A DNA stretch of 64,000 bases from an uncultured virus (IMG/VR IMGVR_UViG_3300020579_000010). Its lineage: Duplodnaviria > Heunggongvirae > Uroviricota > Caudoviricetes. Of this stretch, positions 18,346 to 26,377 are shown one piece after another (the stretch's first letter is position 1; each line of letters opens with the position of its first letter). The translations under genes and the position numbers were made by a program. Below the pieces are notes generated by a model. It saw only the letters and a program-made list of their open reading frames with translations. It was not told where the DNA came from and searched no databases. Where the stretch lies: IMG/VR virus record IMGVR_UViG_3300020579_000010. One strand, written 5' to 3'.

Positions 18346-18419
18346 GGTGGATGTAGCCAAGTGGTCAAGGCGCTGCGTTGTGGCCGCAGTATGCGCGGGT
18401 TCGATCCCCGTCATCCACC
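18346..18419 (+). tRNA. tRNA-His(GTG)
   Basis: Cloverleaf, G-1, ctgcg-ttGTGgc-cgcag. Confidence 0.92.
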
Positions 18420-18722
18420 CTGATGGGCGAAAAAAGTTCTTGCGCGTTTCGAAAATCCATGTCGTAGTAGCTGAAGAGATTCCGATGCATTCCATAGCGA
18501 AATCCACCTTACTGACCCGGAGGCCGCTGAGCCAATCAGCAGCGCTTTCAGGGTCGTGGTGCACCCCTTCGGGTATCGCGAAGCGCGTCATTTTGTGCCC
18601 AGTTGGACTCGATAGCTCGACACCCATGTATCCGGCCTCCCTCGGCGAACCCAAGTTCGCGACGCGCAATCAGGAGGCCGGTACCTAGAGGCGGATTTTC
18701 TTCTCGCGCAAGTAGCGCAAAG

Positions 18723-18762
18723 GAAAGCCGCCTCGGGAAATCGAGAGCGGCTTTCGTCGTTT
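18723..18762 (+). terminator. Terminator-like hairpin in the tRNA-array leader
   Basis: GAAAGCCGC...GCGGCTTTC followed by GTCGTTT. Confidence 0.45.
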
Positions 18763-18904
18763 CAGGGCTCAAAAATTCAAAACGCTCGGATAACGCACTA
18801 GGGATTTGTCCTTTGCGTGACTGCCGATCACAGGAGACGTGTATCCAATGCAACCTATCACCGAACGTGAGAGCTATCGGAGCTCCGACTGCTCATATCC
18901 CAAT

Positions 18905-18987
18905 GGGGTGCGTTCGGAGCAGTGGAAGCTCTAGCCGGTTGTAACCCGGTGGCCTTATGGCAAGTGGTTCGACTCCACCGTGCCCCA
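18905..18987 (+). tRNA. tRNA-Tyr(GTA)
   Basis: Cloverleaf, long variable arm. Confidence 0.88.
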
Positions 18988-19057
18988 CGAAGAAAGACCC
19001 AGTCATGAAACTCAAACGCAAGAACGTGCCCGTGAAAGACGGGCCAAAAACCAAGGA

Positions 19058-19130
19058 GGATTCGTAGCTCAATCGGCAGAGCAATCGGCTTTTACCCGAG
19101 AGGTTGTGGGATCGTTGCCCACCGAATCCA
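19058..19130 (+). tRNA. tRNA-Lys(TTT)
   Basis: Cloverleaf. Confidence 0.88.
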
Positions 19131-19135
19131 CATTT

Positions 19136-19208
19136 GGGTTCGCAGCTCGATTGGCCGAGCAGCCGGTTCTTACCCGGAAGGTTGAGGGATCATCCCCCTC
19201 CGAACCCA
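19136..19208 (+). tRNA. tRNA-Lys(CTT)
   Basis: Cloverleaf. Confidence 0.85.
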
Positions 19209-19215
19209 CAAGTGA

Positions 19216-19286
19216 TCGGGCTTCGTCTAATGGCAAGACATCCGCCTCTGGAGCGGAGAATGAGGGTTCGACCCCCTCGGCCCGAA
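19216..19286 (+). tRNA. tRNA-Gln(CTG)
   Basis: Cloverleaf. Confidence 0.9.
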
Positions 19287-19414
19287 CCGGCGCTCGCGGA
19301 AGCGCTTGACCCTTGAAAACTTGAAAGGACGTGGCGCGTGCGGGCTCCCTCGAGCTTGCATGGGTAGCCTCTCCTGTTCGTCAAGAAACACGGGAGCGCC
19401 CTCGGCTCCCACAT

Positions 19415-19489
19415 TCACGGAGTCTCAGTGCTGGTACTGATCCGCGGCTGTTAACCGCGCCGTCCCTGGTTCGATTCCAGGTCCGTGAG
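19415..19489 (+). tRNA. tRNA-Asn(GTT)
   Basis: Cloverleaf. Confidence 0.9.
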
Positions 19490-19513
19490 CTTAGAGCGTG
19501 CTAATGGATAACT

Positions 19514-19909
19514 GTGCTAGACAACAGATTGCTTCCGCCCAGCAAAAGACGTCTTACCCCCTATCGAAGAGAATATCTGACGATTGCGATGGTAGAGCGT
19601 CGACGTCAGATGAAGTCCAGAGCAGTGGCCTACAAAGGCGGTCGCTGCCAGAAATGTGGATACAAGAAGTGTCAAGCCGCTTTCGAGTTTCATCATCCTG
19701 ATCCGTTGGAAAAGGATTTCAATATTTCTAGGTTTGGTACCAAGTCTTTCGAGAGACTCAAACCAGAATTGGACAAGACGATTCTCCTTTGCGCGAATTG
19801 TCACCGGGAAGTGCACGACGAGATCAACGTCGCATCTCTTCGAGTTCGGAAGTCGAAGTTTGACCGTGTACCGAAACCTGCAAGAGGTGCGCGCTCTCAT
19901 AAAAAGTAA
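19514..19909 (+). CDS. HNH endonuclease within the tRNA array
   Basis: CQKCGY...FEFHH...LLCANCHREVH; start uncertain. Confidence 0.88.
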   Translation: MLDNRLLPPSKRRLTPYRREYLTIAMVERRRQMKSRAVAYKGGRCQKCGYKKCQAAFEFHHPDPLEKDFNISRFGTKSFERLKPELDKTILLCANCHREVHDEINVASLRVRKSKFDRVPKPARGARSHKK

Positions 19910-19910
19910 T

Positions 19911-19980
19911 GCCGACGTGACGAGGCGTCACCGCTCCCTTGTAGCGAGCGAGGCTTGGGTTCGAGATCCCATCGTCGGCT
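19911..19980 (+). tRNA. tRNA-Thr(TGT)-like, degenerate
   Basis: Acceptor GCCGACG/CGTCGGC, T-arm present; irregular D and anticodon arms. Confidence 0.55.
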
Positions 19981-19984
19981 CTGC

Positions 19985-20058
19985 GCCCGTATAGCTCCAA
20001 GGCGGAGCACTGGTTTCGTAAATCAGTGGGAGCGGTTCGATTCCGCTTGCGGGCTCCA
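19985..20058 (+). tRNA. tRNA-Thr(CGT)
   Basis: Cloverleaf, CCA encoded. Confidence 0.9.
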
Positions 20059-20059
20059 T

Positions 20060-20131
20060 GCGCGATTCTTCTAGTGGTCAGGATGGTGGCTTTTCAACCC
20101 GCCAAGACGAGTTCGATTCTCGTATCGCGCG
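20060..20131 (+). tRNA. tRNA-Glu(TTC)
   Basis: Glu-type D arm; anticodon loop slightly enlarged. Confidence 0.7.
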
Positions 20132-20220
20132 CTACTTCAAAAACGTGGGGGCCTAAAAACCTCCGACCGCGCAAAGCGGCCCCGTTGCTCTATCCGGCGG
20201 CGAATAAGATGGAGCGCTAT

Positions 20221-20296
20221 GTCCCTATCGTCTACTTGGCAAGGACACCTGTTTCTCAATCAGGAAAACAGAGTTCAAATCTCTGTAGGGACGCCA
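20221..20296 (+). tRNA. tRNA-Glu(CTC)
   Basis: Cloverleaf, CCA. Confidence 0.88.
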
Positions 20297-20297
20297 T

Positions 20298-20373
20298 GGT
20301 CAGTTAGCTCAATTGGTAGAGCGCGAGTTTGAAGCACTCGGCGTAGGGGGTTCGAATCCCTCACTGACCACCA
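20298..20373 (+). tRNA. tRNA-Phe(GAA)
   Basis: Cloverleaf, CCA. Confidence 0.93.
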
Positions 20374-20377
20374 GTGA

Positions 20378-20453
20378 CTAGGTGTAGCTCAATCTGGTAG
20401 AGCGCTCCGTTTGGGTCGGAGATATAAGAGTTCAAATCCCTTCATCTAGACCA
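20378..20453 (+). tRNA. tRNA-Pro(TGG)
   Basis: Cloverleaf, CCA. Confidence 0.88.
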
Positions 20454-20454
20454 T

Positions 20455-20538
20455 GCCACCGTGGCGAAGTTGGTATACGCGTAGCGTTGAGGTCGCTATG
20501 TCCGAAAGGGCGTGTAGGTTCGAACCCTATCGGTGGTA
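20455..20538 (+). tRNA. tRNA-Leu(GAG)
   Basis: Cloverleaf, long variable arm. Confidence 0.92.
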
Positions 20539-20542
20539 CTGA

Positions 20543-20617
20543 GGGCACGTAAGTCTAATTGGCAAAGCTTCGATGCCTAAAACATCGAGTGTGTCCGTTC
20601 GAATCGGACCGTGCCTA
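20543..20617 (+). tRNA. tRNA-Leu(TAA), short variable arm
   Basis: cgatg-ccTAAaa-catcg. Confidence 0.75.
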
Positions 20618-20621
20618 CTGA

Positions 20622-20696
20622 GTGAGCGTAAGTCTAATTGGTAAAGCTCCGAAGCTCAAACCTTCGGGTTTGTGAGTCCGAATCTCACCGCTCACA
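20622..20696 (+). tRNA. tRNA-Leu(CAA), short variable arm
   Basis: cgaag-ctCAAac-cttcg. Confidence 0.8.
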
Positions 20697-20707
20697 CCGT
20701 CAAACAT

Positions 20708-20780
20708 CTCCTCGTCTCGGCGGATTCCGAGCAGCTGTTTCCTAAACAGTTTGTACCGTGTTCGACTCACGGCGAGGAGG
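20708..20780 (+). tRNA. tRNA-Arg(CCT)
   Basis: Cloverleaf. Confidence 0.85.
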
Positions 20781-20784
20781 CTAC

Positions 20785-20857
20785 GCCCTCGTATGCATCT
20801 GGCGAGGCAGCTCCGCTGTCTACGGAGTGAGGCTCGGTTCGATTCCGGCCGAGGGCG
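20785..20857 (+). tRNA. tRNA-Asp(GTC)
   Basis: Cloverleaf. Confidence 0.88.
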
Positions 20858-20861
20858 CTAT

Positions 20862-20932
20862 ACGGCGAAGTGCAGGGCACAACAGAGATTCCAATCCTCT
20901 GGAAGAAAGTTCGATTCTTTCTCGCCGTGCCA
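20862..20932 (+). tRNA. tRNA-Trp(CCA)
   Basis: Cloverleaf with short D arm, G73, CCA. Confidence 0.75.
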
Positions 20933-20933
20933 T

Positions 20934-21004
20934 GGGTCGATAACACAACGGGCGTGTGCTAGCGTCGCAAGCTAGAAATGCGAGTTCGATTCTCGCTCGA
21001 TCCA
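20934..21004 (+). tRNA. tRNA-Ala(CGC)
   Basis: Cloverleaf, G3-U70. Confidence 0.88.
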
Positions 21005-21017
21005 CTGCTACGTATTT

Positions 21018-21091
21018 GGGTCCTTAGCTCCAATTGGGAGAGCGCCAGGTTTGCACCTTGGAGGTTGTCGGTTCGATCCCGACAGGATCCA
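21018..21091 (+). tRNA. tRNA-Ala(TGC)
   Basis: Cloverleaf, G3-U70. Confidence 0.92.
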
Positions 21092-21092
21092 C

Positions 21093-21239
21093 CGAGTCAC
21101 TGTCACTCATGCAGCGCATACACGCAAATTCGCCTTTGGAGCGAGAGGTCATCGGTTCGAGTCCGATCACGAAGCTTCGGCTTCGCGTAGCTCAGTTGGT
21201 AGAGCGCTTACAACGCATTGCATACTCGACAGTCACTCG
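21093..21239 (+). ncRNA. Circularly permuted tRNA-like RNA (YrlA/Y-RNA-like tRNA mimic)
   Basis: Order: anticodon-like arm, T arm, acceptor stem closed by TTCG, D arm; all inside a long 5'/3' stem CGAGTCACTGTC/GACAGTCACTCG. Confidence 0.75.
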
Positions 21240-21242
21240 ATT

Positions 21243-21314
21243 GCTGACGTAGCTCCAAGGCGGAGCGCCATCTTGGTATGATGGAGGGATGGGGTCCGAT
21301 TCCCCTCGTCAGCT
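21243..21314 (+). tRNA. tRNA-Thr(GGT)
   Basis: Cloverleaf. Confidence 0.85.
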
Positions 21315-21421
21315 CTGGCGCAGCCGCTCTCAGGAGCTAGGCAAACTTGTTCGTGCATGGGCAAGCAAGCTGAAAAGCACTCCGCGGAGGGTGGATGAAA
21401 GGTCCACGGCGCCGCCAGTAC

Positions 21422-21492
21422 GCGGGAATGGCAGAATGGTTATGCACTCGGTTTCCACCCGAGATATCGGAGTTCGATTCTCCGTCCCCGCT
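21422..21492 (+). tRNA. tRNA-Gly(TCC)
   Basis: Cloverleaf. Confidence 0.9.
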
Positions 21493-21496
21493 CTAT

Positions 21497-21566
21497 GCAG
21501 GTGCAGCTCGAAGGTCGAGCACGTGGTTGCCATCCACGAGGCGGGGTTCGATTCCCCTCACCTGCT
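21497..21566 (+). tRNA. tRNA-Gly(GCC)
   Basis: Cloverleaf. Confidence 0.88.
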
Positions 21567-21571
21567 CTAGT

Positions 21572-21640
21572 GAGTCTGTTCGCTGGCGCGGCGACGGGTC
21601 TGCAAAATCCGTTTCGAGGGTCCAATTCCCTCCAGACTCT
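21572..21640 (+). tRNA. tRNA-Cys(GCA)
   Basis: Cloverleaf, reduced D arm, U73. Confidence 0.75.
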
Positions 21641-21644
21641 CTAT

Positions 21645-21716
21645 GCTCTCGTCCTAATGGATTAGGCGACCGCCTTCTAAGCGGTATGGTTGCGTGTTCG
21701 AATCACGCCGAGAGCG
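21645..21716 (+). tRNA. tRNA-Arg(TCT)
   Basis: Cloverleaf. Confidence 0.88.
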
Positions 21717-21848
21717 CGAAGTGGTAAGTGGTGATGTCGTGCATACAGTCCACACCGGGCTTGTAACCTGGTCTTTGTGGTGACTCACTGAGTGCATGAC
21801 AGAACCAGAAGTCGCTAGTCACGATTTCAGCTTTCCACTTCGATATCT

Positions 21849-21922
21849 CTCTCCGTCGTAGCGGATCTACGCATGGGTCTACGAAGCCCATTGTCTGTGT
21901 TCAACTCACAGCGGAGAGACCA
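21849..21922 (+). tRNA. tRNA-Arg(ACG)
   Basis: Cloverleaf, CCA. Confidence 0.88.
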
Positions 21923-21931
21923 ATTCTCATT

Positions 21932-22002
21932 GCCTTCGTCATAGTGGATCTATGCCCGACGCTTCGAACGTCGATGTCTGAGTTCGAGTCTCAGCGAAGG
22001 CT
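21932..22002 (+). tRNA. tRNA-Arg(TCG)
   Basis: Cloverleaf. Confidence 0.85.
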
Positions 22003-22003
22003 C

Positions 22004-22080
22004 CGCGGAGAGAGGTAGACATAGTCCTCACTAGCGCTCATAACGCTAGCAATCTGGGTGCAACACCAGCTCCGCAACCA
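22004..22080 (+). tRNA. tRNA-Met(CAT), initiator-like
   Basis: C1xA72 mismatch, CCA. Confidence 0.8.
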
Positions 22081-22081
22081 A

Positions 22082-22150
22082 CGCTGCGAGCATGGGATGC
22101 CGCTGGTTCTCATACGACCAAGTGCGACGGTCCGAATCCGTCCGCAGCGA
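22082..22150 (+). tRNA. tRNA-Met/Ile2(CAT)
   Basis: Cloverleaf, reduced D arm. Confidence 0.7.
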
Positions 22151-22182
22151 CGGGGCTCCGGATCACGGTCCGTCCCTCTAAC

Positions 22183-22257
22183 GCCAACGTAGACCAATTG
22201 GTAGGAGTCGCCTCGTTTAGACCGAGGACAGTGTGGGTCCGAATCCCTCCGTTGGCA
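22183..22257 (+). tRNA. tRNA-Leu(TAG), short variable arm
   Basis: cctcg-ttTAGac-cgagg. Confidence 0.85.
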
Positions 22258-22261
22258 CTAT

Positions 22262-22335
22262 TGGGGTATCGTCTAACGGTAAGACGGCAGATTTTGAATC
22301 TGCTTATTAGAGTTCGATTCTCTATGCCCCAACCA
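22262..22335 (+). tRNA. tRNA-Gln(TTG)
   Basis: Cloverleaf, CCA. Confidence 0.92.
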
Positions 22336-22336
22336 T

Positions 22337-22412
22337 CAAGGTGTAGCTCAATCTGGTAGAGCGCTCCGTTCGGGTCGGAGATATAGGAGTTCAAATCCCC
22401 TCACCTTGACCA
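22337..22412 (+). tRNA. tRNA-Pro(CGG)
   Basis: Cloverleaf, CCA; near-copy of tRNA-Pro(TGG) at 20378. Confidence 0.9.
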
Positions 22413-22413
22413 C

Positions 22414-22484
22414 AGGTCCATCGTCCAACGGCAGGGCACCGGTTCTACACTCCGGGGATGGCGGTTCGAACCCGTCTGGACCTA
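22414..22484 (+). tRNA. tRNA-Val(TAC)
   Basis: Cloverleaf. Confidence 0.8.
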
Positions 22485-22488
22485 CTGA

Positions 22489-22561
22489 GGGAGGCGAGTA
22501 GGCTGGTGCCTGCGCCGTCTCGACAAGGCGGATTCGATGGGTTCGATCCCCGTGCCTCCCA
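22489..22561 (+). tRNA. tRNA-Val(GAC)
   Basis: Cloverleaf. Confidence 0.85.
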
Positions 22562-22565
22562 CTAG

Positions 22566-22641
22566 CCGCCGGTAGTTCAATAGGTTTCAGAACCTTCGGC
22601 TCATAACCGAACATGTACCAGTTCGAATCTGGTCTGGCGGA
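22566..22641 (+). tRNA. tRNA-Ile2/Met(CAT)
   Basis: Cloverleaf. Confidence 0.85.
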
Positions 22642-22675
22642 CAGTCTGCTAATCTTCTTATTCGTCATTCAACTC

Positions 22676-22751
22676 GGGCGAATCGTCCAATGGTTTAGGA
22701 CCGCTCTCTGATAAGGAGCAAATCACAGTTCAATTCTGTGTTCGCCTACCA
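22676..22751 (+). tRNA. tRNA-Ile(GAT)
   Basis: Cloverleaf, CCA. Confidence 0.9.
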
Positions 22752-22768
22752 ACCCGAAAGAAACCGTC

Positions 22769-23296
22769 ATGTCTCCCTCATCCACTCTCATCCTCAATCA
22801 CTACATGGTTCCGCATAGAGTCTGCTCTTGGCAAGACGCCATCACTGAGCTCTTCACTGGCAAGGTGGAGATCATCGACTGGTACGATGAAGTCGTCTAC
22901 TCGAACGCGGAGCGCGGCATCACGATGAAGATGCCAGCCGTTGCTCGACTCTTGAAGCCCGTCAGCGCGTTCAAGAAGGGTGTGAAGTTTTCGCGAGTCA
23001 ACGTCATGGCTCGAGACAACTTCGTCTGTCAGTACTGCGGCAAGCGTCACGCGATGGGTAACCTCAACTACGACCACGTCGTTCCGCGTGTACAGGGCGG
23101 CAAGACCGTATGGGACAACATCGTAACGTCATGTTACGAGTGCAATGACAAGAAGGGCGCTCGCACCCCCGAGCAAGCGAAGATGAAGCTCATTCGCAAG
23201 CCCTTCCGTCCCAAGACTCTTCCGCTCGCACAGCCCGTGCTTGCGATGAAGAACATCCTCGCAGAGTGGCAACCGTACGTGGTTGCCACGATGTAA
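22769..23296 (+). CDS. HNH endonuclease (McrA-like)
   Basis: RDNFVCQYCG...NYDHVVPRVQGGKTVWDNIVTSCYECNDKKG. Confidence 0.93.
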   Translation: MSPSSTLILNHYMVPHRVCSWQDAITELFTGKVEIIDWYDEVVYSNAERGITMKMPAVARLLKPVSAFKKGVKFSRVNVMARDNFVCQYCGKRHAMGNLNYDHVVPRVQGGKTVWDNIVTSCYECNDKKGARTPEQAKMKLIRKPFRPKTLPLAQPVLAMKNILAEWQPYVVATM

Positions 23297-23325
23297 ACGA
23301 AGCGTCGTCCTACGGATCGACATCT

Positions 23326-23399
23326 CGGAGTGTGGCTCAGTCTGGTAGAGCGCTCGGTCGGGGTCCGAGAGATCACAGGTTCAAATCCTGTCACTCCGA
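23326..23399 (+). tRNA. tRNA-Pro(GGG)
   Basis: Cloverleaf. Confidence 0.92.
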
Positions 23400-23410
23400 C
23401 TACGAATTAT

Positions 23411-23496
23411 GGAAAACGAACTAGCTAGGAGCTAGACCCGTTTGGAATACGGTGTGGCGTCGCAAGCACGCTGGGATTCGAGTTCTCCGTTTTCCG
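23411..23496 (+). tRNA. tRNA-Ser(GGA)
   Basis: Long variable arm, G73. Confidence 0.85.
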
Positions 23497-23524
23497 CTCA
23501 TCGACGAACAGGTAACGTCCCCAT

Positions 23525-23610
23525 GGAAGAGAAACCAGCAAGGTGCTGGGCCTGCCTCGAAAACAGTGCGGCGTCATCGCGACGCTGGGGATCGTCTCCT
23601 CTCTTTTCCG
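23525..23610 (+). tRNA. tRNA-Ser(CGA)
   Basis: Long variable arm, G73. Confidence 0.8.
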
Positions 23611-23614
23611 CTAC

Positions 23615-23697
23615 GGAAAGCGCCGCTCATGGAGAGCACCCAGCTTTGAACACTGGTGGGAGCCGCAAGGTTAGGAGTTCGATCCTCTCGCTTTCCG
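23615..23697 (+). tRNA. tRNA-Ser(TGA)
   Basis: Long variable arm, G73. Confidence 0.82.
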
Positions 23698-23701
23698 CTA
23701 C

Positions 23702-23787
23702 GGAAGTTGAACCCGCAAGGTGCGGGGCTCTCCTGCTAAGGGATGCGGCGTCATCGCGACGTTGTGGCTCGTCTCCACCAACTTCCG
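23702..23787 (+). tRNA. tRNA-Ser(GCT)
   Basis: Long variable arm, G73. Confidence 0.8.
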
Positions 23788-23892
23788 CTACACCGGCTTG
23801 TAGCTGGACGTTCACAGTAGGTCGCTACGCAGCGTAAAACCCCGCAAAACAGTGTTACGGGGTGTGGCACGGTGCGTGCTCTAGAAAGGAGC

Positions 23893-24279
23893 ATGAACAC
23901 CACCATTCACATCATCACTGCCTCCCCTGATCCTGCGTGGCGCGCGCATCTCATCTCCACGCTCGAAGCGCTCCACCCCGGCGCCGCCATCAAGGTCGGC
24001 AGCGGCTCCTTCGACGACGTCTTCGTCTGGACGACCGAGATGGGCGTTGGTCCCGACTTGGCCATGACTCTCGATGCTCTCGAGGAAGAAAAGGAAGAGC
24101 GCCTCTCGTGTCCTCGTCTTTCGCGAGGGAGCTTCGATTCGGCGGTACGCGCGGCGGAAGACCTCGCCGAGCAAGTCGAGAGTGAGATCGCCAAAATCAA
24201 GCGCGCATGGCGACGTCGCGGTGCGCCTCGCAAGGTCTCGGCTGGACTGCTCAGCGTGGTCGTAGGGCTTTTCCGGTGA
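23893..24279 (+). CDS. Hypothetical protein
   Basis: AAGGAG RBS before ATG 23893. Confidence 0.65.
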   Translation: MNTTIHIITASPDPAWRAHLISTLEALHPGAAIKVGSGSFDDVFVWTTEMGVGPDLAMTLDALEEEKEERLSCPRLSRGSFDSAVRAAEDLAEQVESEIAKIKRAWRRRGAPRKVSAGLLSVVVGLFR

Positions 24280-24468
24280 GCCCTTCGTGTTACACTTTTC
24301 CCGGCATCGCTGTCCGTCGACCCATGTTGCGCAGGGAGAGCCTGCGAAGGTCGTTGTCGCGCTTTTCTCGGGTGTGGGCGCGAATTATGGCCCATGAAAC
24401 AGGTGACGGACAGCGATGCGCTTTTCTCTTGATTTGCGTGCGGGGTCCATCTGGGGTACCATCAGGGT

Positions 24469-24651
24469 ATGTCTCAGAAAGCGACTCCGCGAAAGAAGCA
24501 TCCTGTCGAGTTCAAGCTTCGGTTGACGGTGGAAGAGAGCACGGCGCTCACGAAGCGTGCCGACAAGCTCGGTCTCGACAAAAGCGACGTTCTTCGCACG
24601 GTCATTCGTGGGTTCGACGAGTTTGAGTTTCGAGCATCAAGGAGGACGTGA
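24469..24651 (+). CDS. CopG/RHH-like regulator
   Basis: FKLRLTVEESTAL...LGLDKSDVLRTVI. Confidence 0.7.
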   Translation: MSQKATPRKKHPVEFKLRLTVEESTALTKRADKLGLDKSDVLRTVIRGFDEFEFRASRRT

Positions 24652-25331
24652 TGTCTTACAAAGTCGTGATTCTTCCATTTGCATTTGCATTTGCGTTTGG
24701 GTTTCTCGTTCTCGGGTGCGGCGAAGGTGGCGGCGCGTTCAAGCTCGGCATCGACAGCGGAGATCCGAGCGACGCTTCGACGTCGAGTGATGCGGATACT
24801 AGCGACTCGTCGAGCGATTCGATGGATGCAGCGAGCGACGCAGGTGATGCAAGTGACAGTGGCATGACTGCTACGTGCGCCATCACTGGGTATCAAGCTT
24901 GTGACGCCGGTACGAGCGCTACCATCTGCTTTGATGACGAAGGCGGAGTAGGATGCGATCCGTCTCCTTCTTATACGTCTTGCAAAAACGCTCTTGGTAA
25001 TCCGCCCTACAATTCGGGAATCTTCTTCACCTGTCAAAGTCAGGCAGACTGTTTGAAAGAGGGGAATCCGAGCACGGTCTATTGCTGCGTGGAGACGACC
25101 AGCTACGCGCCCGGTTGTCCCGGTACGTTTGCTCCACGGAATTTTGCCATGTGTTACGACCTGTACAGCGGGTTCGAAGGCTCATGTGCTGCACATCTTG
25201 GCACTGGAGTCGTGCAAGCGTGCAAATCGGACGCGGAGTGTAACGAGGGCGACGGCGGGCATTGTGCGCCCGCTGTAGCTTCCAATCTACCAGGCGCTGC
25301 AGGCGTCATCTTCGGAGTGTGCGAGCCATGA
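24648..25331 (+). CDS. Cys-rich lipoprotein, myxobacterial style
   Basis: Lipobox VLGC, Asp/Ala/Ser linker, many Cys. Confidence 0.7.
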   Translation: MMSYKVVILPFAFAFAFGFLVLGCGEGGGAFKLGIDSGDPSDASTSSDADTSDSSSDSMDAASDAGDASDSGMTATCAITGYQACDAGTSATICFDDEGGVGCDPSPSYTSCKNALGNPPYNSGIFFTCQSQADCLKEGNPSTVYCCVETTSYAPGCPGTFAPRNFAMCYDLYSGFEGSCAAHLGTGVVQACKSDAECNEGDGGHCAPAVASNLPGAAGVIFGVCEP

Positions 25332-26068
25332 ACACGAAATCGTTACTTGTCGCACTGGTCTTGACTGCGAGTTTCCTCTTTGCGTGCTCGGCGGATACGT
25401 TCGAGCTTGTTTCGGATGCCGCCAGCGATGCGCTCAATTCAGGTGATTCTCACTTGCTCAGTGATGGCGATGCAGGCGGCGATGTAGGCGACCCAGCAGA
25501 TGCGAATGGCGACAGCTTCTTCGACGGGTTCGATGGATATGTAGGTCCAACGTTTCGACGCGTCTTCATTACCTCTTCGCAATGGACTGCAAATCTCGGC
25601 GGTACTTCAGGAGCTGATGCCAAATGCCAAACAGCGGCCGACAGTGCATCGCTTGGCGGAACTTGGATGAGCTGGACCTCGACGTCGACATCGGATACGG
25701 CTACGCGTTTTGTTCATTCGCTCGTACCGTGGAAGCTTCTCGATGGGACACTCATCGCCAATGACTGGTCTGATCTGACGAGCGGCACGCTCGAACACGC
25801 CATCAACCGTGACGAGAATGACGGTCTTGTTTCTTGGAGCGTCGATCCCTATTCGGGCATCGCTTGGACAGATACATCGATAACCGGTCACTGGAGCGGG
25901 TATTCTGATTGTTCCGAGTTCACGAACGGTACATCGACGAACGTGAACGCTTCCGTTGGCTACAATGGCTATTCAGGTACCTACCAAGGGTTCATGTGGA
26001 CCGATGCGCAACTGTCGGCGGGCTACGCGTGCAACTCGCTACTTTCGCTTCTTTGTTTCGAGCAGTGA
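25328..26068 (+). CDS. Lipoprotein with DUF1554/endostatin-like domain
   Basis: Lipobox LFAC; RRVFITS..W.ANLGG..GADAKCQ..A...LGGTW. Confidence 0.75.
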   Translation: MNTKSLLVALVLTASFLFACSADTFELVSDAASDALNSGDSHLLSDGDAGGDVGDPADANGDSFFDGFDGYVGPTFRRVFITSSQWTANLGGTSGADAKCQTAADSASLGGTWMSWTSTSTSDTATRFVHSLVPWKLLDGTLIANDWSDLTSGTLEHAINRDENDGLVSWSVDPYSGIAWTDTSITGHWSGYSDCSEFTNGTSTNVNASVGYNGYSGTYQGFMWTDAQLSAGYACNSLLSLLCFEQ

Positions 26069-26377
26069 GCCTATCGTGCATGCGATGGCGGCATTGCTAG
26101 GTCCGAAAACTACGATGGCGCATGTCGTGCTCGTCTTGCTCATCGCTCCCGTTGCGGTGTGGCATCACGTACATGTCGTCGTACGTGTTGTTCGTACACT
26201 TTGGCGAAGCGACGAACGCCCTTGATTTAGGCGAAAGGAGCAGAATTTGGTGCCTGACAGCGCTCAGTGTAGAGTGTCTAGGTCAGAACAATCTGTGCGT
26301 GACTAAGGTTAGGCGAGGTCAACGCTCGATTTTGAGTTCGGTTTTCAGTCAACCATCAAGATCCAGGAGCACCTCTC

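Noticed and set aside
20543..20617. Amber suppressor or tRNA-Pyl (CTA)
   Set aside because: The 7-nt loop CCTAAAA places TAA at positions 34-36, and TAG is used as a normal stop in packed genes here.
18250..23837. Short ORFs across the tRNA array other than the two HNH genes
   Set aside because: They overlap tRNA genes and show no protein signal.
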